NCBI RefSeq assembly: GCF_009914755.1
Contig: NC_060938.1
DNA length: 64,000 nucleotides
DNA from: the human T2T-CHM13v2.0 reference genome, Homo sapiens
Reading direction: 5' to 3' (one strand)
The translations under genes and the position numbers were made by a program. The notes below the pieces were generated by a model. That model was not told where the DNA came from. It saw only the letters and a program-made list of their open reading frames with translations, and did no database searches. This document shows positions 1 to 13,956 of the stretch, in pieces (position 1 is the first letter of the stretch; each line of letters begins with the position of its first letter).

Positions 1-99
1 TGAAGCAACTGCCAAACACTGTGGAAATGGTTCCACTTACCTCCAGAATTTGCCAAAAGAAAAAAAAAAGTCCAATGATGACTGAAACCAGTAATGACT

Positions 100-1300
100 A
101 TTTTCTATTTTCTTTTCCCTAAGTAATTGACCATTAATTATAATATCAATAGGCAGTGGGTAAGGAAAGCAGACCCATGTAAGGGCTACATTTCATTTGT
201 AACTGTTTTGTATATATCATAAATCTCTAATATTGGGCTATTGTCACCCTTGATGAATTATTGTAAGCATGTCAGCACATGGTGGAAGTCAAGTACATTC
301 AAATACTACTCAGTCAGAATTGAATTTGGCATGATAGTCTCATAAAAGGGGGCTCAATTGAGAGTTTCCACTTGCCTGCTCTAAACTTGTCACTTGTAGG
401 TGCTAAAGAGCTTGTTGTGTTGGTTTAATTAGTCAACAAATCGGTCCTTACTTGATTGCGTGGTCGTATCACATATGTTAACACTTCAGTGTTTGATGGA
501 GATATTAACAAGTGACAAGAGTCTCTTGGTCTGTGGACTTTAAAGAAGAGAAGCTCTTCTATATTATTTCATTTGGCCCTGCCAATATTTATTAGATCAT
601 GCAGCCCGCAGGCTGCCAGTTAAAGAAAGACAACACAAACATTTTTCAGGGTTATGCTCATCTGTATCCCCAAGAAGGGTCACAGAACAATCGATGGGAG
701 AAGAGTATAAGAAAGATAAGTGTTTTCTTCCACCGCTTACAAATTCATTATTTGATACAGTTTGCCGCAGACCTCCTTTGAGCTTTTTTCACTTAAAGAT
801 AATTTATGACAAGAACAGAGAGGTTCTTGAAAATGCTATAGCAACTGAAGCTGAATGATACCACTCTGATGCAAGACGCAGCACCAGAGGCTGGTAAATA
901 GGAAGTTTGCATTTGTATGAAGAACTGTATTAGTTAAGCATTCACCCACGGTGGATAAAACAATCATATTAATAGTCAATAAGAGATTAAAGGGAAAAAA
1001 TTAATAATCAAAATGATTATTTCCAGAAGTGGGGGTAGGGAATAAAAAGTCAGTGCCCTGAAAGCTTGCAAAAGACCCGTCTATTCATTTTTTTCTATAG
1101 CAGAACAAACAAAAAGGCAGTGCTTACTTTAAAGGACAGGCTTCATTTGTTCCGTCACCGTTCTGTTATGGCTTTTATCTGTGCATTAGCAAGAATCAGG
1201 TTTCCACACCATGTGCAGTCATGATGTGAAGTCTATGGACCAGAGCCACCAGATAGTTCCTTTGGGCAGGACATTGCTTTGCAAAAAACACTTAAATGAC
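100..1300. promoter_or_regulatory. Candidate conserved enhancer block (NKX2-1 downstream)
   Basis: Repeat-free. TAATTA/TTAATTAG homeobox sites, three CAAGTG/CACTTG NK2 or E-box hexamers (369-374, 391-396, 509-514), SOX-like AACAAT/AACAAA, AGATTAAAG at 984-992, several retained CpGs. Conservation is inferred, not measured. Confidence 0.55.
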
Positions 1301-1522
1301 TGCCAACAATTCGAACACTGTCAGCAGTGACTTGACTAGTGAAGATAATGGGACATAAAACCATGAGTCAAGAGTTTTCTGTCAAGACTCCCTAGCGGGA
1401 ACTTAAAAAATCCAATTTATTTATCTCTCTTAGGAAACTGCTTGACAACCAAAAGATCCTTGTCTCCTTACCTCACAAAGTAAAGAATTTGCCATTCCTC
1501 TCCTTGGAAGAGCTCACGTTGA

Positions 1523-1847
<325 letters not shown>

Positions 1848-3399
1848 TGATTTATTCAGTTTTAATTATCTGCTGGTCACCACGTCAGAGGGTCGAAGCC
1901 CAACCCTTGTCCCTTCCTTAATTACCATGTGGAAACTCCCCTGGGCCTAGCCTAAATGTTCATCTACTGACAAGTGGGAGGAGGTGCACAAGAATAATTA
2001 AGGCAACAGTGTCTTTACACAGACATTCTCTACACATGCAAATGTGAAAAGCACAAATAGCAATAGGTTTATGAATATTTTATCTAGGCTAAAAAAAATA
2101 CTCTTCTGATAGTTACAGCATCTTCCCAGGGCCACTCCATTTTTAGCCAAGCCCTAGGACTGGAGCAGCTGCAGCCTCCCTGATAATGCTGTTTTCCACT
2201 CTTGAGTCAGCAAAGAGAGAGTTAAAGGAGGGAAGCACTCTTTGTCACTTACCTTCACCTCAGTTTTTGCTTAGCCTCAACTGCAAACTAAGGCACTTTA
2301 GAAAGTGATTAAACTTCGTAACTTCCTTATCCCACCCTCCATCATTGCAAATATTTTTCATTAGAATTATAAATCAACCCCCCAAACCAGCCAATCAGGT
2401 TTTACTGGGAAGCAGGCCTTCAATGAATGCTCGTTGATTAATTGATTGATTGACAAGGGTAAATTATGGGTGTTAGCCTAACCAATAGAAACAAAAAATA
2501 ATTTGACTGAGTGACAGTGTTAATCGTGAAAGGTTAAAGAGGGCAAGATGGGGTGCAGTATGAGGTAGCACAAATTCTTACCGTTAAGAATGTGAAAGCT
2601 TTGGGAGAATATTTTACTTTGAGGAAGAGAGGGAAAATGGGTTGGTTGGCCTACAAAAGATATGGGTACCCTCAGTGCAAGAATTTTTCTGCACTGAGCT
2701 CTAAAGAAAAAAAGAAGAAAGGCAAAGGATGCAGAGAATAAAAAGCCATTTGATGTGAGGTGAAGAGGGAGGATTAGGGGGAGGGGAGGGGAGTAAAAGC
2801 TGTTTAAGGGAAGCAAAGGAAGGAGGAAGGGAAACAGGCTCCTGTGTGACTTAATTTAAGGCTCAAACTCCTAGTGTTTCCCATTTTTTTTCTATTCTCA
2901 CTATGCTGTAAAGAATATCCTTGTGCATATAGCTTTGTGTACTTTGGAAAATTACTGGAGGGAATGGAAATATAAGAGCCTTCCTTACTACTTTCTGTAA
3001 TTCTTTAATGTTAGAATTTCATATAATCAAAATGTACTGTTTTTACAGTCAGAAAAAAAAAACAGTTCAGAGAAATTAAGTTTAAAAAAAGCTTCAGAGC
3101 CGTGACTATCCTCAAAGAGAAGAAAGTAGGAATATCAAATAAGTTTAGCAAGTTAAAGAAGTCGTGGCTATTAAAATTTTTAGTTTACTCAGAAATATTT
3201 ACTTTAGCTTCCATGAATGGTTTACTTTTTTAAAGCATATCTACTTTTCAGAAAACTTTGTAATTTCCTTCAGTTCTTTGCTTGCTGCCTCAAACAAGAA
3301 TGAAACCATTTTTCTCAAACTGGTAGAAAAACCTTATTTCAATTATTTTTTCTAGTCCTATACTTCCAGAGGATGGGAAACTGTTCTTAAAAGTGCAAT

Positions 3400-3610
3400 G
3401 GACTGACAGAAAGCAGATCCGCGGTTGCCTCCAGGGCTGGGGGAGGGGATTGACTGCAAAGGGGCGCACGGGAATTTACTGGGGTGACAGAAAGATTCCA
3501 CATCACAATTAAGGTGGTGGTTACATGATTGTATACATTTGCCAAAATTTACTACATTTACAATTAAAATGAGTGGATTGTATTATACATTGCTCAATAA
3601 AACTATTTTT
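3400..3610 (+). mobile_element. Old L1 (L1MD/ME-type) 3' end fragment
   Basis: aaagcagatc..ggttgcc..ggggattgactgcaaagggg..ggtggttacatgattgtatacatttg..ctcaataaa pattern. Confidence 0.7.
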
Positions 3611-3949
3611 AAATAGCTTTAGTAATAAGTGAACTAGTGCTTTTTTTTTGGTGATCATTTGCAAGAATACTCCAAATTCAATAAGAACCAGGATTCTCTT
3701 TTCAAAAGTCCAAAAACTAGTAACAAGTGCTGTGTTAGATTTGAAGAGCTGGAAGGACTTTACATACTTAAATTCCATTTTAATCTAGTTGAAACTCCCA
3801 TAGAAAGAAGAAAAAAATACATTTTTAAAGTACAGATTTTTATTCAATAATTCTTTAGTTCTTTTCTCTTTTAACTTCCCTGGGGGGAGCAGGGAACTCT
3901 CATTCTGGTACCGATATTTGGATTAAAACAAATATCCACCCATTCATTA

Positions 3950-4450
3950 AAAGTTTCTCTCATATAAAGGAATTCATTTTTTTTCTTGATTGGTGCTAGA
4001 CTCACAGACAGACAGAAATAAGCTGCCATTCTTCCATTTGATAGCCAGACGCTGCCAGTTGTAGCCAGGGTAGTCATGCTGTTAAATTAGGTCTAATGAA
4101 GGAGTAATTGCTTTAGATATAGTGAACCATTTCAAAGAAAACAAGGATTCTAATTGATTTGCAATTTGTTTGGCACATTGCATTGTCTGCGGCTATTGAT
4201 TAGTCTTCTGGATTTCACACTGCATGTGTTTCCCTTTATTAAGGGAATAACAGGTTACTGATTACTTTCTTTCTGGGTTTAATGTAGCGGTTAATGTCTA
4301 CTTTGTTCTTGTGTCATGTCACAGGCGAGGAAGGAATAATAGGCAAGTGGGTGGCCCTTTGCTAAGCAACTTCCCTGCTGCTCTGAGCTGTGTGCTCTGA
4401 GACAGGCTGAAAAGCAGATCAAGAGAAAGGGTTAGAATAGCAGGACTCAC
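3950..4450. promoter_or_regulatory. Candidate enhancer block
   Basis: Repeat-free. AAATTAG, CTAATG, GTAATTG and CTAATTG homeobox sites, CATTGT SOX site, TGTTTGG/TTGGCA, X-box-like TTTGCTAAGCAAC at 4358-4370. Confidence 0.55.
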
Positions 4451-5492
4451 AAGTTAAGGCCTGAGTCAGGCTAGACCCAGCTCAAAACTTGGCTTTCCCC
4501 TCCCAGTCAAAGCATAGCATGGGACAAAGCAGCTGGTGGTAGATTTGTTCTTGTATCATTCGATTATTTGTAGACAGGATATGAATCTATGCCCATTGTT
4601 TTGCTTAATAGGTATGCATGCTAAATGGATGCAGAAAAAGAATATTTGAGGGTGAGGTCTTTTGGTTCATTTAACCCTTTGGAAAGTGACATTTTGTTGG
4701 CACCTGGGAAGCACTTGTTGCTGAGGTGTCGATATGATCATCAAAATGGCTCTTATGTTTATACCAACTGCAGGGGAGGGAGAAAAAGTTCTCAGGGTTG
4801 CAGTCATTTCATTGCCCTCAAAGCACAGCAGGAATTATTAGCTTACCCTGGCGTGCCCCTTTGTTTTCCTAGGGCTTTGCTCCTCCAGCAGATACTCATT
4901 TAAGGCGAATCCACTGCTTTCTGAAATGTGTTTTGCAATGGTGCACAGAACAGGCACTCACTTAGCGGATCTAATCCTTTCATGGCTCAGCTTGTTAATG
5001 TAGCAAACTGCTGAAAATGGGAAATGGATTCTTTAATGAGAACAGTCCCTTCATGGCTTTATTCTCCCAGTCCAACCCCCAGGCATTCATTCAAGTCCCC
5101 CCACGCCCGACCTCCCATGCCAGGATCAGGCACCCCCACTTCCCACCCAGCAAGCAGCCCATTTTCCAGTACGAAGTCCCCCATCTCTAGGCCCCTTGCT
5201 TCCCCACGACCTTCCCAGAGCCCTTGGAAGCTCACAAATAACAAAGGGGTGTAGGCAGTAAAAGATTCCCTTTCTCTGCTTCAGTTACCTCCTTCCTAAG
5301 CCTGAGCCCGTCTTTTCCTGTGCTTCAAATCTGACATGGTTATAGAGTGGAGCCTTTTCCTGATAAATTGCAAAGTAGCTAACACCCAGGGATTACATCT
5401 AAATTTATCAAATAAACACACTTTTGATATAAACATACTACCCAAGGTATTATAGATTTAATATCTTTCTTTAACATAGCTTTTGTACTATA

Positions 5493-5823
5493 CAGGTTGA
5501 ATATCCTTGGGACTAGACATGTTTTGGATATTTTTGGATTTTGGACTATTTGCATATACATAATGAGGTCTCTTGGGATGAGACTCAGGTCTCAACATTA
5601 AATTTATTTACGTTTCATATACACCTTATAGACATAGCCTGAAGGTAATTTTAGACAATACGATACTAATTTTGTGCATAGAACAATGTTTGTGTTAAGT
5701 GCTATTAAGACTTTTTTTAAAGTGTTAAGACTTTTCCACTGTGGCGTCATGTGAGTACTCAAAAAGTTTTAAATTTTGGAGCATTTTGGGTTTTGGATTT
5801 TCAGATTAAGGATGCTCAACCTG
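5493..5823. mobile_element. Tigger4/Zombi-type non-autonomous DNA transposon (TcMar-Tigger)
   Basis: TIRs CAGGTTGA..ATCC / GGATGCTCAACCTG, TA at the left flank, internal match to the recalled Tigger4b consensus. Confidence 0.85.
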
Positions 5824-5993
5824 AATTGGATTTTATAATGATGCTGATTGCCAAGGGTTTCAAAATGGAGCCAATCAGTGAAAGTTAACTTGGACTCTGG
5901 TCTTTATTATTTTTCTTTTACGATTTTTACTCCTGTGGGTCTTCCTGAAGCTTTGGTACTTCTCTAGAAATCCACTCCAAAGAAAAAAAATCA

Positions 5994-6299
5994 GGCCTGG
6001 CACAGTGGTTCACATCTGTAATTCCAGCACTTTGGGAGGCCAAGGTGAGAGGATCACCTGAGGTCAGGAGTTCAAAACCAGCCTGGCCAACATGGCAAAA
6101 TCCCATCTCTACTAAAAATACAAAAATTAGCTGGGCGTAGTGGTGCACACCTGTAATCCGAGCTTACCCGAGAGGCTGAGGCAGGAGAATCACTTGAACC
6201 CGGGAGGTGAAGGTTGCATTGAGCCGACCGAGATCGCCCCACTGCACTCCAGCCTGGGCGACAGAGGGAGACTGTCTCAAAAAAAAAAAAAAAAAAAAA
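5994..6299 (+). mobile_element. AluS
   Basis: Full dimeric Alu with poly(A) tail. Confidence 0.95.
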
Positions 6300-6479
6300 G
6301 TACTCGAAGCAGGTAAAGTTTAGGTTAAGAAGATATTCAAGATTACTTGGAAGTCATGACAGGGCAGCCTGGAGTTTGAAGTGTACATTTAAAAGAGAAA
6401 ATGAGGATAGTTATGCCCATTTTGCCTTAGAGATAGGAAAGTAAATTATGTGTACATGAGCCCAGGTCTTTCCCTCATC

Positions 6480-6940
6480 CAAGTTCTTAACTTTGTGTGT
6501 GTGTGCCATGGAATCCTTTGGCAATCTGGTGAAGCCTGTGGACCCCTTCTCAGAATAATATTTTTAAATGCATAAAACAAAATACCCAGAATTACAAGGA
6601 AAACCAATTGTATTGAAATAAACTTATTAAAATATTTTAAAAACAAATTTATATTCAGCAAGTTCTTTATTGTTTTTTGTTATTAATGAATTTATTGCTT
6701 TAAATAACAAGATCTATGGATGGGTGTAGCAATTCCCATAATTTTGAAGTAAGAATGAGTGAGTAATTAAATGTTAATATCTATAATAACTTTACGTGTT
6801 ATTTTTAAAATCTGTGATTTCTCTTGGTGACATAGTCACAGGTACTGATAACAATTGTTTTTGTTGCCCATATCCATAATTGAAAAAAGTTATGAAAATA
6901 AATATAATTTTTTCCATCCAAATTTATGGGCCCCCTAAGT
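6480..6940. mobile_element. hAT-Charlie element (Charlie4a-like)
   Basis: gttcttaac..tgccatgga..cctttggcaatctggtgaagcctgtggaccccttctcagaataat matches the recalled consensus. Confidence 0.7.
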
Positions 6941-7424
6941 TCTGTCTACAAACCCACAGGATTCTGCCTCCTGCAGTACTAGCCTCTTTCATTGCTCCAT
7001 TAGGTGACTGTCATCAGAGCTGTGGGGAGAAGAAACCCAAGAGAAATGGGCATTGGAGGTGCCCAATTGGTGATGCCCTAGACTTTATCCCATCCCACAT
7101 TATGATTGTCCTGACTTTCATGGAGCAGAAATTTTCACCAAATCTTCCCAGGCATTTGTTCCTCCCATTGTCCCCCAATCTATAAAACTCATGTCTATGT
7201 AAACAAGCCCATGCACCATGGCACATGAAGAGAGGAGAGGCTGACAAAAGCAAAACAGAACAAGCAATAAATTGTGCTTCTTTGCATTATAGGCACCTGA
7301 TTACAAGACTCACAAGTTTACAAGAACACTTACAATTCAGTGAATAAAATCTTTGCAGAGATTAATAAAATGTGAAAGTGATATAGAGATTATCAAGAAG
7401 AACTTAGTTCACATTTAGGTAACG

Positions 7425-7550
7425 AGAGTTGCCAGATTTAGTAAATAAAAATACAAATATTGCATGGAACATACTTATACTAAAAAAAAATTTCTTGTTT
7501 ATCTGAAATTCAGATTAACTGGCTGTTCTGTATTTTATCTGGAAATCCTA
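7425..7550. mobile_element. MER53 MITE, internally deleted
   Basis: gttgccagatttagtaaataaaaatac..aatattgcatggaacatacttatactaaaa..tatctggaaatccta. Confidence 0.8.
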
Positions 7551-7944
7551 AATTGACATATTATATGTGGCAAGTAAATCCAAGCAGAGACTATAATTAA
7601 GTGACATGAGAGAATTTTTGTTTTACCAGTCAAATAATTTGAACTAAATTCAGAAGTAGCAAGTAAAAACTGTAAAAAGATGGTTTGTTTAAAAATTAAA
7701 GAGGACTTTGAGAATTGAAGGAATAAACAGAGGAGAGGGAGTTAAAGGGAGAGAAGGAGGAATAAGGTGAGTCAAAAAGCAGAATGAAGGATAGCTAGTA
7801 ACAAGCATAGAAAGGTATCCTGACGAAAACCCAGGGAAACTTCTGGCAGCACCTTACTCACTAACTTTCTCTCTCATGACCACCACTCTGCCCAGACTCT
7901 TTTGAAATAGATGAAGCCAATGTTGCCTGGGTTTCTGCTTCATC

Positions 7945-8050
7945 CTGTCAGAGATAAAGGAACCAAGGAACCAAGGCTCAGAGAGATTAAGCAATTTGCC
8001 AGAAGTTGCCCAGCCGGGAAGTTGCAGAGCTGTGATTCAAATCCAGGGCT
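7945..8050 (-). mobile_element. MIR fragment
   Basis: aggctcagagagattaagcaatttgcc..gcagagctgtgattcaaatccagg core. Confidence 0.7.
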
Positions 8051-9615
8051 GACACACCATATCTTGCTGCCTCTGTAGCAATTAATGCCTGAGGATTTAT
8101 TAACCCTACTCCTTCTATTGCCACCTCTCCTGTTTAATATAGAGGATGGAAACTGTCAGGACCTAATAGGTTTCTACCATATGTCAAAAACTCTGAAAGC
8201 CCTGTTCTCTGGGGGCCTTTCCATTGTCCAAGGGAGGGCAATTCAATTAATCAGCTGGAAAGCTCACTTCCTGGGAAGGAAGAGACAAGCTCAGTCTAGT
8301 TCCTTATTAACAACAACAACAACAAAGCAAAGCCACATCGTGCCAACATATCCCAGCTTTTCATTTACCTCTGGGTCTTGTGAACTTTAAAACTTAGAGT
8401 TTTAACGTTGAGGAGGGCAGGCTTAGATCTCAGTAGCTGGTGGTAGATCTGTGGGCGTCTCTTCCATGCCAGTGCTGCATCATAGAGCTATCTGGAACAA
8501 CAGGTTCTAGAGGCCCCAAAATAAAGATCTCCTTATAGCAAGGGAAAGTGTTATTTTATTATTTCTTTTTATGCCCCAGAGCACAGGAGTAAAGGCACAC
8601 TTCAGGTCTTCTCTTTGGAAGTCCAGACTTCCTATAAAACAACTAAGATGATGTGGGGTCATCTTAGGTGTTTTATAGGTGTTCATATCTTGGATGTGAT
8701 GCCGGGTCAGCCCAGCCAGAGCCCTGCCATCTCCCACAGGGAGCATGCCTGTGTTTAAAGCTGCTCCAAGGAGAAGCTCCCCTGAGTGAAGTTCCAACCA
8801 TCTGACCTTATCTAAACCCTGGATCCCATCATCCCATGTTGATATTCAGATATTTCCCCCCTTTGTAGAGGCATTTTCTCTTGCTTTATTACAAGTGGTA
8901 TCAATAGGTTATTTATATTTTGAACCCTATTGAAAAGAGGATTATACCAGGGCATTTAATTTCAGTTAAGAAAATATAGAAGTTACTCCCACGTATGAAA
9001 AGCAGTGCTGTAAAATGAAAGAAAATAGTTCACTTCTCGCTGTCACAGCAGTCGCACTGGTAAGTACTCCTAAATTGCTCCACTTTGCTATTGTCTGAAG
9101 TCCTTGATAAGCATTCTGCATTTTAAAGCTTTATCTATTTCTCATCATTAAAAAGCTCATTAGTTAGTCAGCATACTGGCACTTTCTTTACAGTTCATAA
9201 ATTCAGATTAGAACCTTGTGTCCTCTAAATGGTGCCACTCATTAAATCATCCAAAACACTAGTATGGAGATATTTAATGGTAAGATTTAAAATTAGATTT
9301 CTAGATTTAGAAGTCTCAATAAAATACCCCAACTGCCTAAAAGTTTTCAAAATGAGATGTAAAATCAACAGGATTTTGGTATGTGACAGAATTCTGAGCT
9401 TCTCCACGAGCTATTGCAAAGATGAAATGAGATCGCCTGTGATCAACACTTCGTGTGTTGTACTTGAATGAGGACATAGGGAGTTAATGCATCCAGGACT
9501 AAATTTCTAATGCCAAGGTTTTCTTTTCCTGATACAATGTAATAGTACTTCCTGTTTCCACGGTGGTCAAATTTTGTAGCGATGTCCCTTCCAATATGGC
9601 TTTATTGTGAAGTGA

Positions 9616-9991
<376 letters not shown>

Positions 9992-10482
9992 TGAAGTAAA
10001 ATATACATATAAAACTTACCATCTTTACCATTTTTAAGTGTACAGTTCAGTGGTAATAAATACATTTATATTCTTTTCTTATTCATCTCCAGAATTCTTG
10101 AACACTATTTGGACAGTCTATATACCGGAAGCCCATCAGTCACAGAGCAACAAGCCATGGGCAGGTAGGAACCCAGTGACCTCATTGGCCCTGATTCACC
10201 CCAGGTAACCTCAAGATGCGGAGAACCTGCCTGAGGATATGGCATAGTGCTGGATATCTTGTTCTGACAGTAGTAATTGGGAGGAAGAGGGGAAAGTGGC
10301 AGACTGCCTTGGAAAAGTGATGTACATAGACAAAACATTATCTGTCGTTCTGGCTTAAACCAAGGAGCAAATGCAGCCTTATCAGTCTGTGTTTGAAGTG
10401 GAAGTTGAGAAAACTAAGCTCCCATAAAGATTGACATTGGATGAAAAAGAATCAAGAGAGCAAGCATTTCTGAGAGTCCCTA

Positions 10483-10484
<2 letters not shown>

Positions 10485-10520
<36 letters not shown>
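10485..10520. repeat. (AC)18 microsatellite
   Basis: Perfect dinucleotide run. Confidence 0.97.
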
Positions 10521-10522
<2 letters not shown>

Positions 10523-10539
10523 ACCTCCTTCATATTCTC

Positions 10540-10859
10540 CTTTTTTCCTTTTTTTTTTTCCTCTCATTTCGTTTTGAGACAGGGTCTTGCTCTGTCATGC
10601 AGGCTGAAGGGCAATGGCGCCATCACAGCACACTGCAGCCTTAACCCCCTGGGCTCAAAGCAATCCTCCTTCCTCAGCCTTCTGAATAGCTGGGACTACT
10701 GGCACACACAACAATGCCTGGCTCATTTTTGTATTTTTTTGTAGAGGCAGGGCCTCACTTTGTTGCCCAGGCTGGTCTAAACCCCCTGGCCTCAAGCTAT
10801 TCTCCTGCCTCGGCCTTCCAAAATGCTGGGATTATAGATGTGAGCCACTGCGCCAGGCC
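10540..10859 (-). mobile_element. AluJ
   Basis: Diverged Alu with J-type gagacagggtcttgctctg..cctgggctcaa. Confidence 0.9.
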
Positions 10860-12348
10860 TCTTCTTTCCATTTGCTATTTCACCCTGAGGTGGGTACTCT
10901 TGACCTACAGTCGATCCATAACACATTTATACTGCCATCTTTCCCTCAAGTGGCCTACCCAATTCCATTCCGTGTCCCCACGTAGTGAACTAGCTCCTGG
11001 TGCAGAGGGGTGAGATAATGAGGCTGAAGGAGGACGGCAGAGCAGCGTGGGGGCAGGGGCACAGGTGGGAGTGGTGCTGGGTGCATACCTAGGAAGCATG
11101 GTGTCCCCCAACAAACTGCTGTAGGCTGGGTACAAAGTTTCTTATGGTGGAGAACTTTAGGGATTATGCCTGTGTCCTGTGCTGAACTTGACAAGTAGGC
11201 GAGTTAAGTTATTTGAGGATGAATAAACTTGACTCTTATTATTGCGCTCACAAAAACTATCTAGAGTGGGGAGAGTGCTCCCTTCTTTGGCTACTTAGCC
11301 CCTTGTCCTTCCACGTCCTTCATGGTGACTTTTTGTTTTCTTTCCAAATGGAACCCTCTATTTTATTTTCTAATTTTTATTTTGTTACTTGACAAATACA
11401 AGTTGTATGTTTATGGTGTACAAGTTATAGTGACTTGGCAGTTTTTCTCCTCGGCCATCCCTGACCACAAGGTGGCATTTAGTGGATGGTTAATCATTTT
11501 TATCCACTGAAGCTTGTCTTTAAGAATCTTCTGTGACCCCCAAGACCTGGGGTTTCATGGCCCCTTGCTTTGGAAAAAACATACATGGTTCATTGTTTCC
11601 TAAATACTATCCTCTCCCTCTCCGCTGCCACTCCCCCAGCTTCCATGCCCATATACCCTAAACTTCCCCACCTCCTCCACCCCCAATACTGTGAACATGA
11701 AGCCCAAAGAGACCGGTATGAGATTACAAGTTGGGAATCCTAGGTTCTCTTCCCAACTCTTCCAAGCGTCTGGGAACCCAAAGTATTTTCTAAACCGCTG
11801 TCTTGGCATTTCTGTCTGTAAATTTAAAAAATAATAATAATGACTTGGAATATTGGTAAGATGTCACCAGTGAAGAAATGCTGCTAGTTCTTGGAGAATG
11901 AAAAAGGCTGTCTGCATGCTATAAGCCACTGTAGCTCTTCTACATAAGCCACAGTTGTTCTTATGTGAGATAATGAAAATCCTCTGGTAAGGTACCTTCA
12001 AACTGGAATACATGTTTCCTTAGACATGCTGCCTTGCTTTAGCGCCATCATTCTAATACCTTGCTTCACCACTGGAGGGGTGTAGCTTCTCCCAAACTTT
12101 CTTCCCACATCTTGGTCAGCCTCTTGAGCTGCGACACACACCTCGAGAGTTTAGCAAAGCATTTTGAAGCTTTGGTTCCATCCTTCCCAAAAGTTCTCTT
12201 GGTTCACTGTTTTTCAGGAACCTTAGCTTATATGGATAGCTCGCTTTATGCAACAGATGTGTTATTGGGAGTGGACAATACATTTTGTGTGTGTGTATGG
12301 AATTCTGTGTTACACACATAAGAGAAGCTCACTTTATCAACAACCTAT

Positions 12349-12526
12349 TTATTTTATTTTATTTTATTTTATTTTATTTTATTTTATTTTATTTTATTTT
12401 ATTTTATTTTTTGAGGCAGGGTCTCACTCTATCACCGAGGCTGGTCTCGAGCTCAAGCTCAAGTGATCCTCCTGTCTCAGCCTCCTGAGTAGCTGGGATT
12501 ACAGGTGTGAGCCACCACACCCAGCT
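12349..12526 (-). mobile_element. Alu monomer (FLAM/FAM) with tail expanded into (TTTTA)n
   Basis: Monomer at ~12411-12526 and pentamer array at ~12349-12410. TSD tcaacaa(c/t)ctat at 12337-12348 and 12527-12538. Confidence 0.88.
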
Positions 12527-13476
12527 TCAACAATCTATGTGGTAAATTATTTTATAAATCAAAGATCCAATACATTTCTATTTTGAAGAGTAGGTTTTCT
12601 TAAAACAAGGTACACCTCCATACCCCATGTCTTTTTGCCATTTAACAAGGACCATCTTAGACTGTGTGGTCTCGCCTTATTGAAGCTCAGTAGTGACGAG
12701 CTCTCAGGATGCCTGACTCCAGCCTGCCTACCTCTTCTGGGCAGATCCTACTCATTCCAGTTTCCTCCCACTTAAACAAACAGAATGTGTTGCTGTGTTT
12801 TCTCACCACAAGGCTGGCTCCAGCCTCTTCCACAGCTCACTTCCCTGACCTCTCCTCCTAAACTGGGCCCTCCTGAGTCTCTGCAGCCTGCAGCAGGTCC
12901 CAAGGTCCAGATTCTCTGGGCCTTGCTGAGAAACATCTGTCAAAGCCGTGTTGAGCCCTGAAAATCAGCTCACACCTGGACAAGGTGGCAGCACTTCTCA
13001 GGAATGCAGCTGTACCTCTCTGTCGCTACATTTTAGTAGTTAGGACTGTAGTGGGCAGAGTTCCTTATGTTGTTCAGGGTTTCCGTGGGCAGCAGCCTGT
13101 ATCATTCATTGTCACAGTAAGTAAGCCAGAGTGCTGCAGCCCAACACTGTAATAAAGCACAGAACACATGATGATAGCTCTTAGCCAGGCCAAGCCTGCA
13201 CTCTGAAAAGTGCCACTTCCAACAAGAGGGTGAGAAGGCCCTCCAAACTCAGGAGCCTGGGAGCGGTAGGACAAAGCACGACCTGCACTGGCTCCGTCTT
13301 CAGTTGGGGGACCTGGCACAGGAAGGCCAGTGTTATTGTCTATGGCAACCATTGAAATCCATTGTCCCACCCCCTCCCCACCACTTCCAAGTAATTCAAT
13401 CCCTGACATTAAACGTGCACTGACTCTCTAGGGTAGAAAAGCACAAACTTACTCTATGTATATTTTTATTGGTTTA

Positions 13477-13956
13477 TGTGACAGGCCGAATAATGGCCCT
13501 CCAAAAACGTCCGTGTCCTAATCCCTGGAACCCGTTACATTACATTACATGAGAAAAGAGACTTTGCAGACGTGATTAAATTAAGGACCTTGAGAGGAGG
13601 GGGAGGATCTTGGACTACCCAGGTGGGCCCAATGTAATCACATAGGTCCTTAAAATTGGAGAATTTTCCCAGCTGTGGTCAGAGGGAGGCTTGGCTGCAG
13701 AATAGTGAGAGAGACGCAATGTTACTGGCTTTGAAGATGCAATGGTGTTTGGCTCCTTTGAGCCAAGGAGTGAGGAAACTGTAAGGAAACAGATTCAGCC
13801 CAAGAGCGTTAAGAAGGAACATAGCCCTGGCACCATCTGGATTTCAGCCTAGTGAGACCCATTTTGGCCTTCTGACCTCCAGAACTGTAAGCTCATAAAT
13901 GTGTATTGTTTATGCCATTAAATCTGTAGTAATTTTTACGATAGGAAACTAATATA
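13477..13956 (+). mobile_element. MaLR solo LTR (MLT1D/E-like)
   Basis: TGTG..aataatggccctccaaa..ctaatccctggaacc..ctttgcagacgtgattaa..gacctccagaactgtaag..ggaaactaatata. Flanks gttta/gtttg are a near-perfect 5-bp TSD. Confidence 0.88.

Noticed and set aside
35-70. Minus-strand pyrimidine tract followed by GAG|GTAAGT (recursive-splice-like)
   Set aside because: GAG rather than YAG, the tract is offset, and it lies about 34 kb beyond the SFTA3 poly(A) signals with no exon evidence.
2421-2456. TGATTGATTGACA PBX/MEIS-like motif
   Set aside because: Context (caatgaatgctcgttgattaattgattgattga) fits a decayed L2 3' tail microsatellite.
9030-9066. Plus-strand microexon-like pattern cag|cagtcgcactg|gtaagt
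   Set aside because: No plus-strand gene or partner exons visible, and 11 nt is not frame-preserving. Probably chance.
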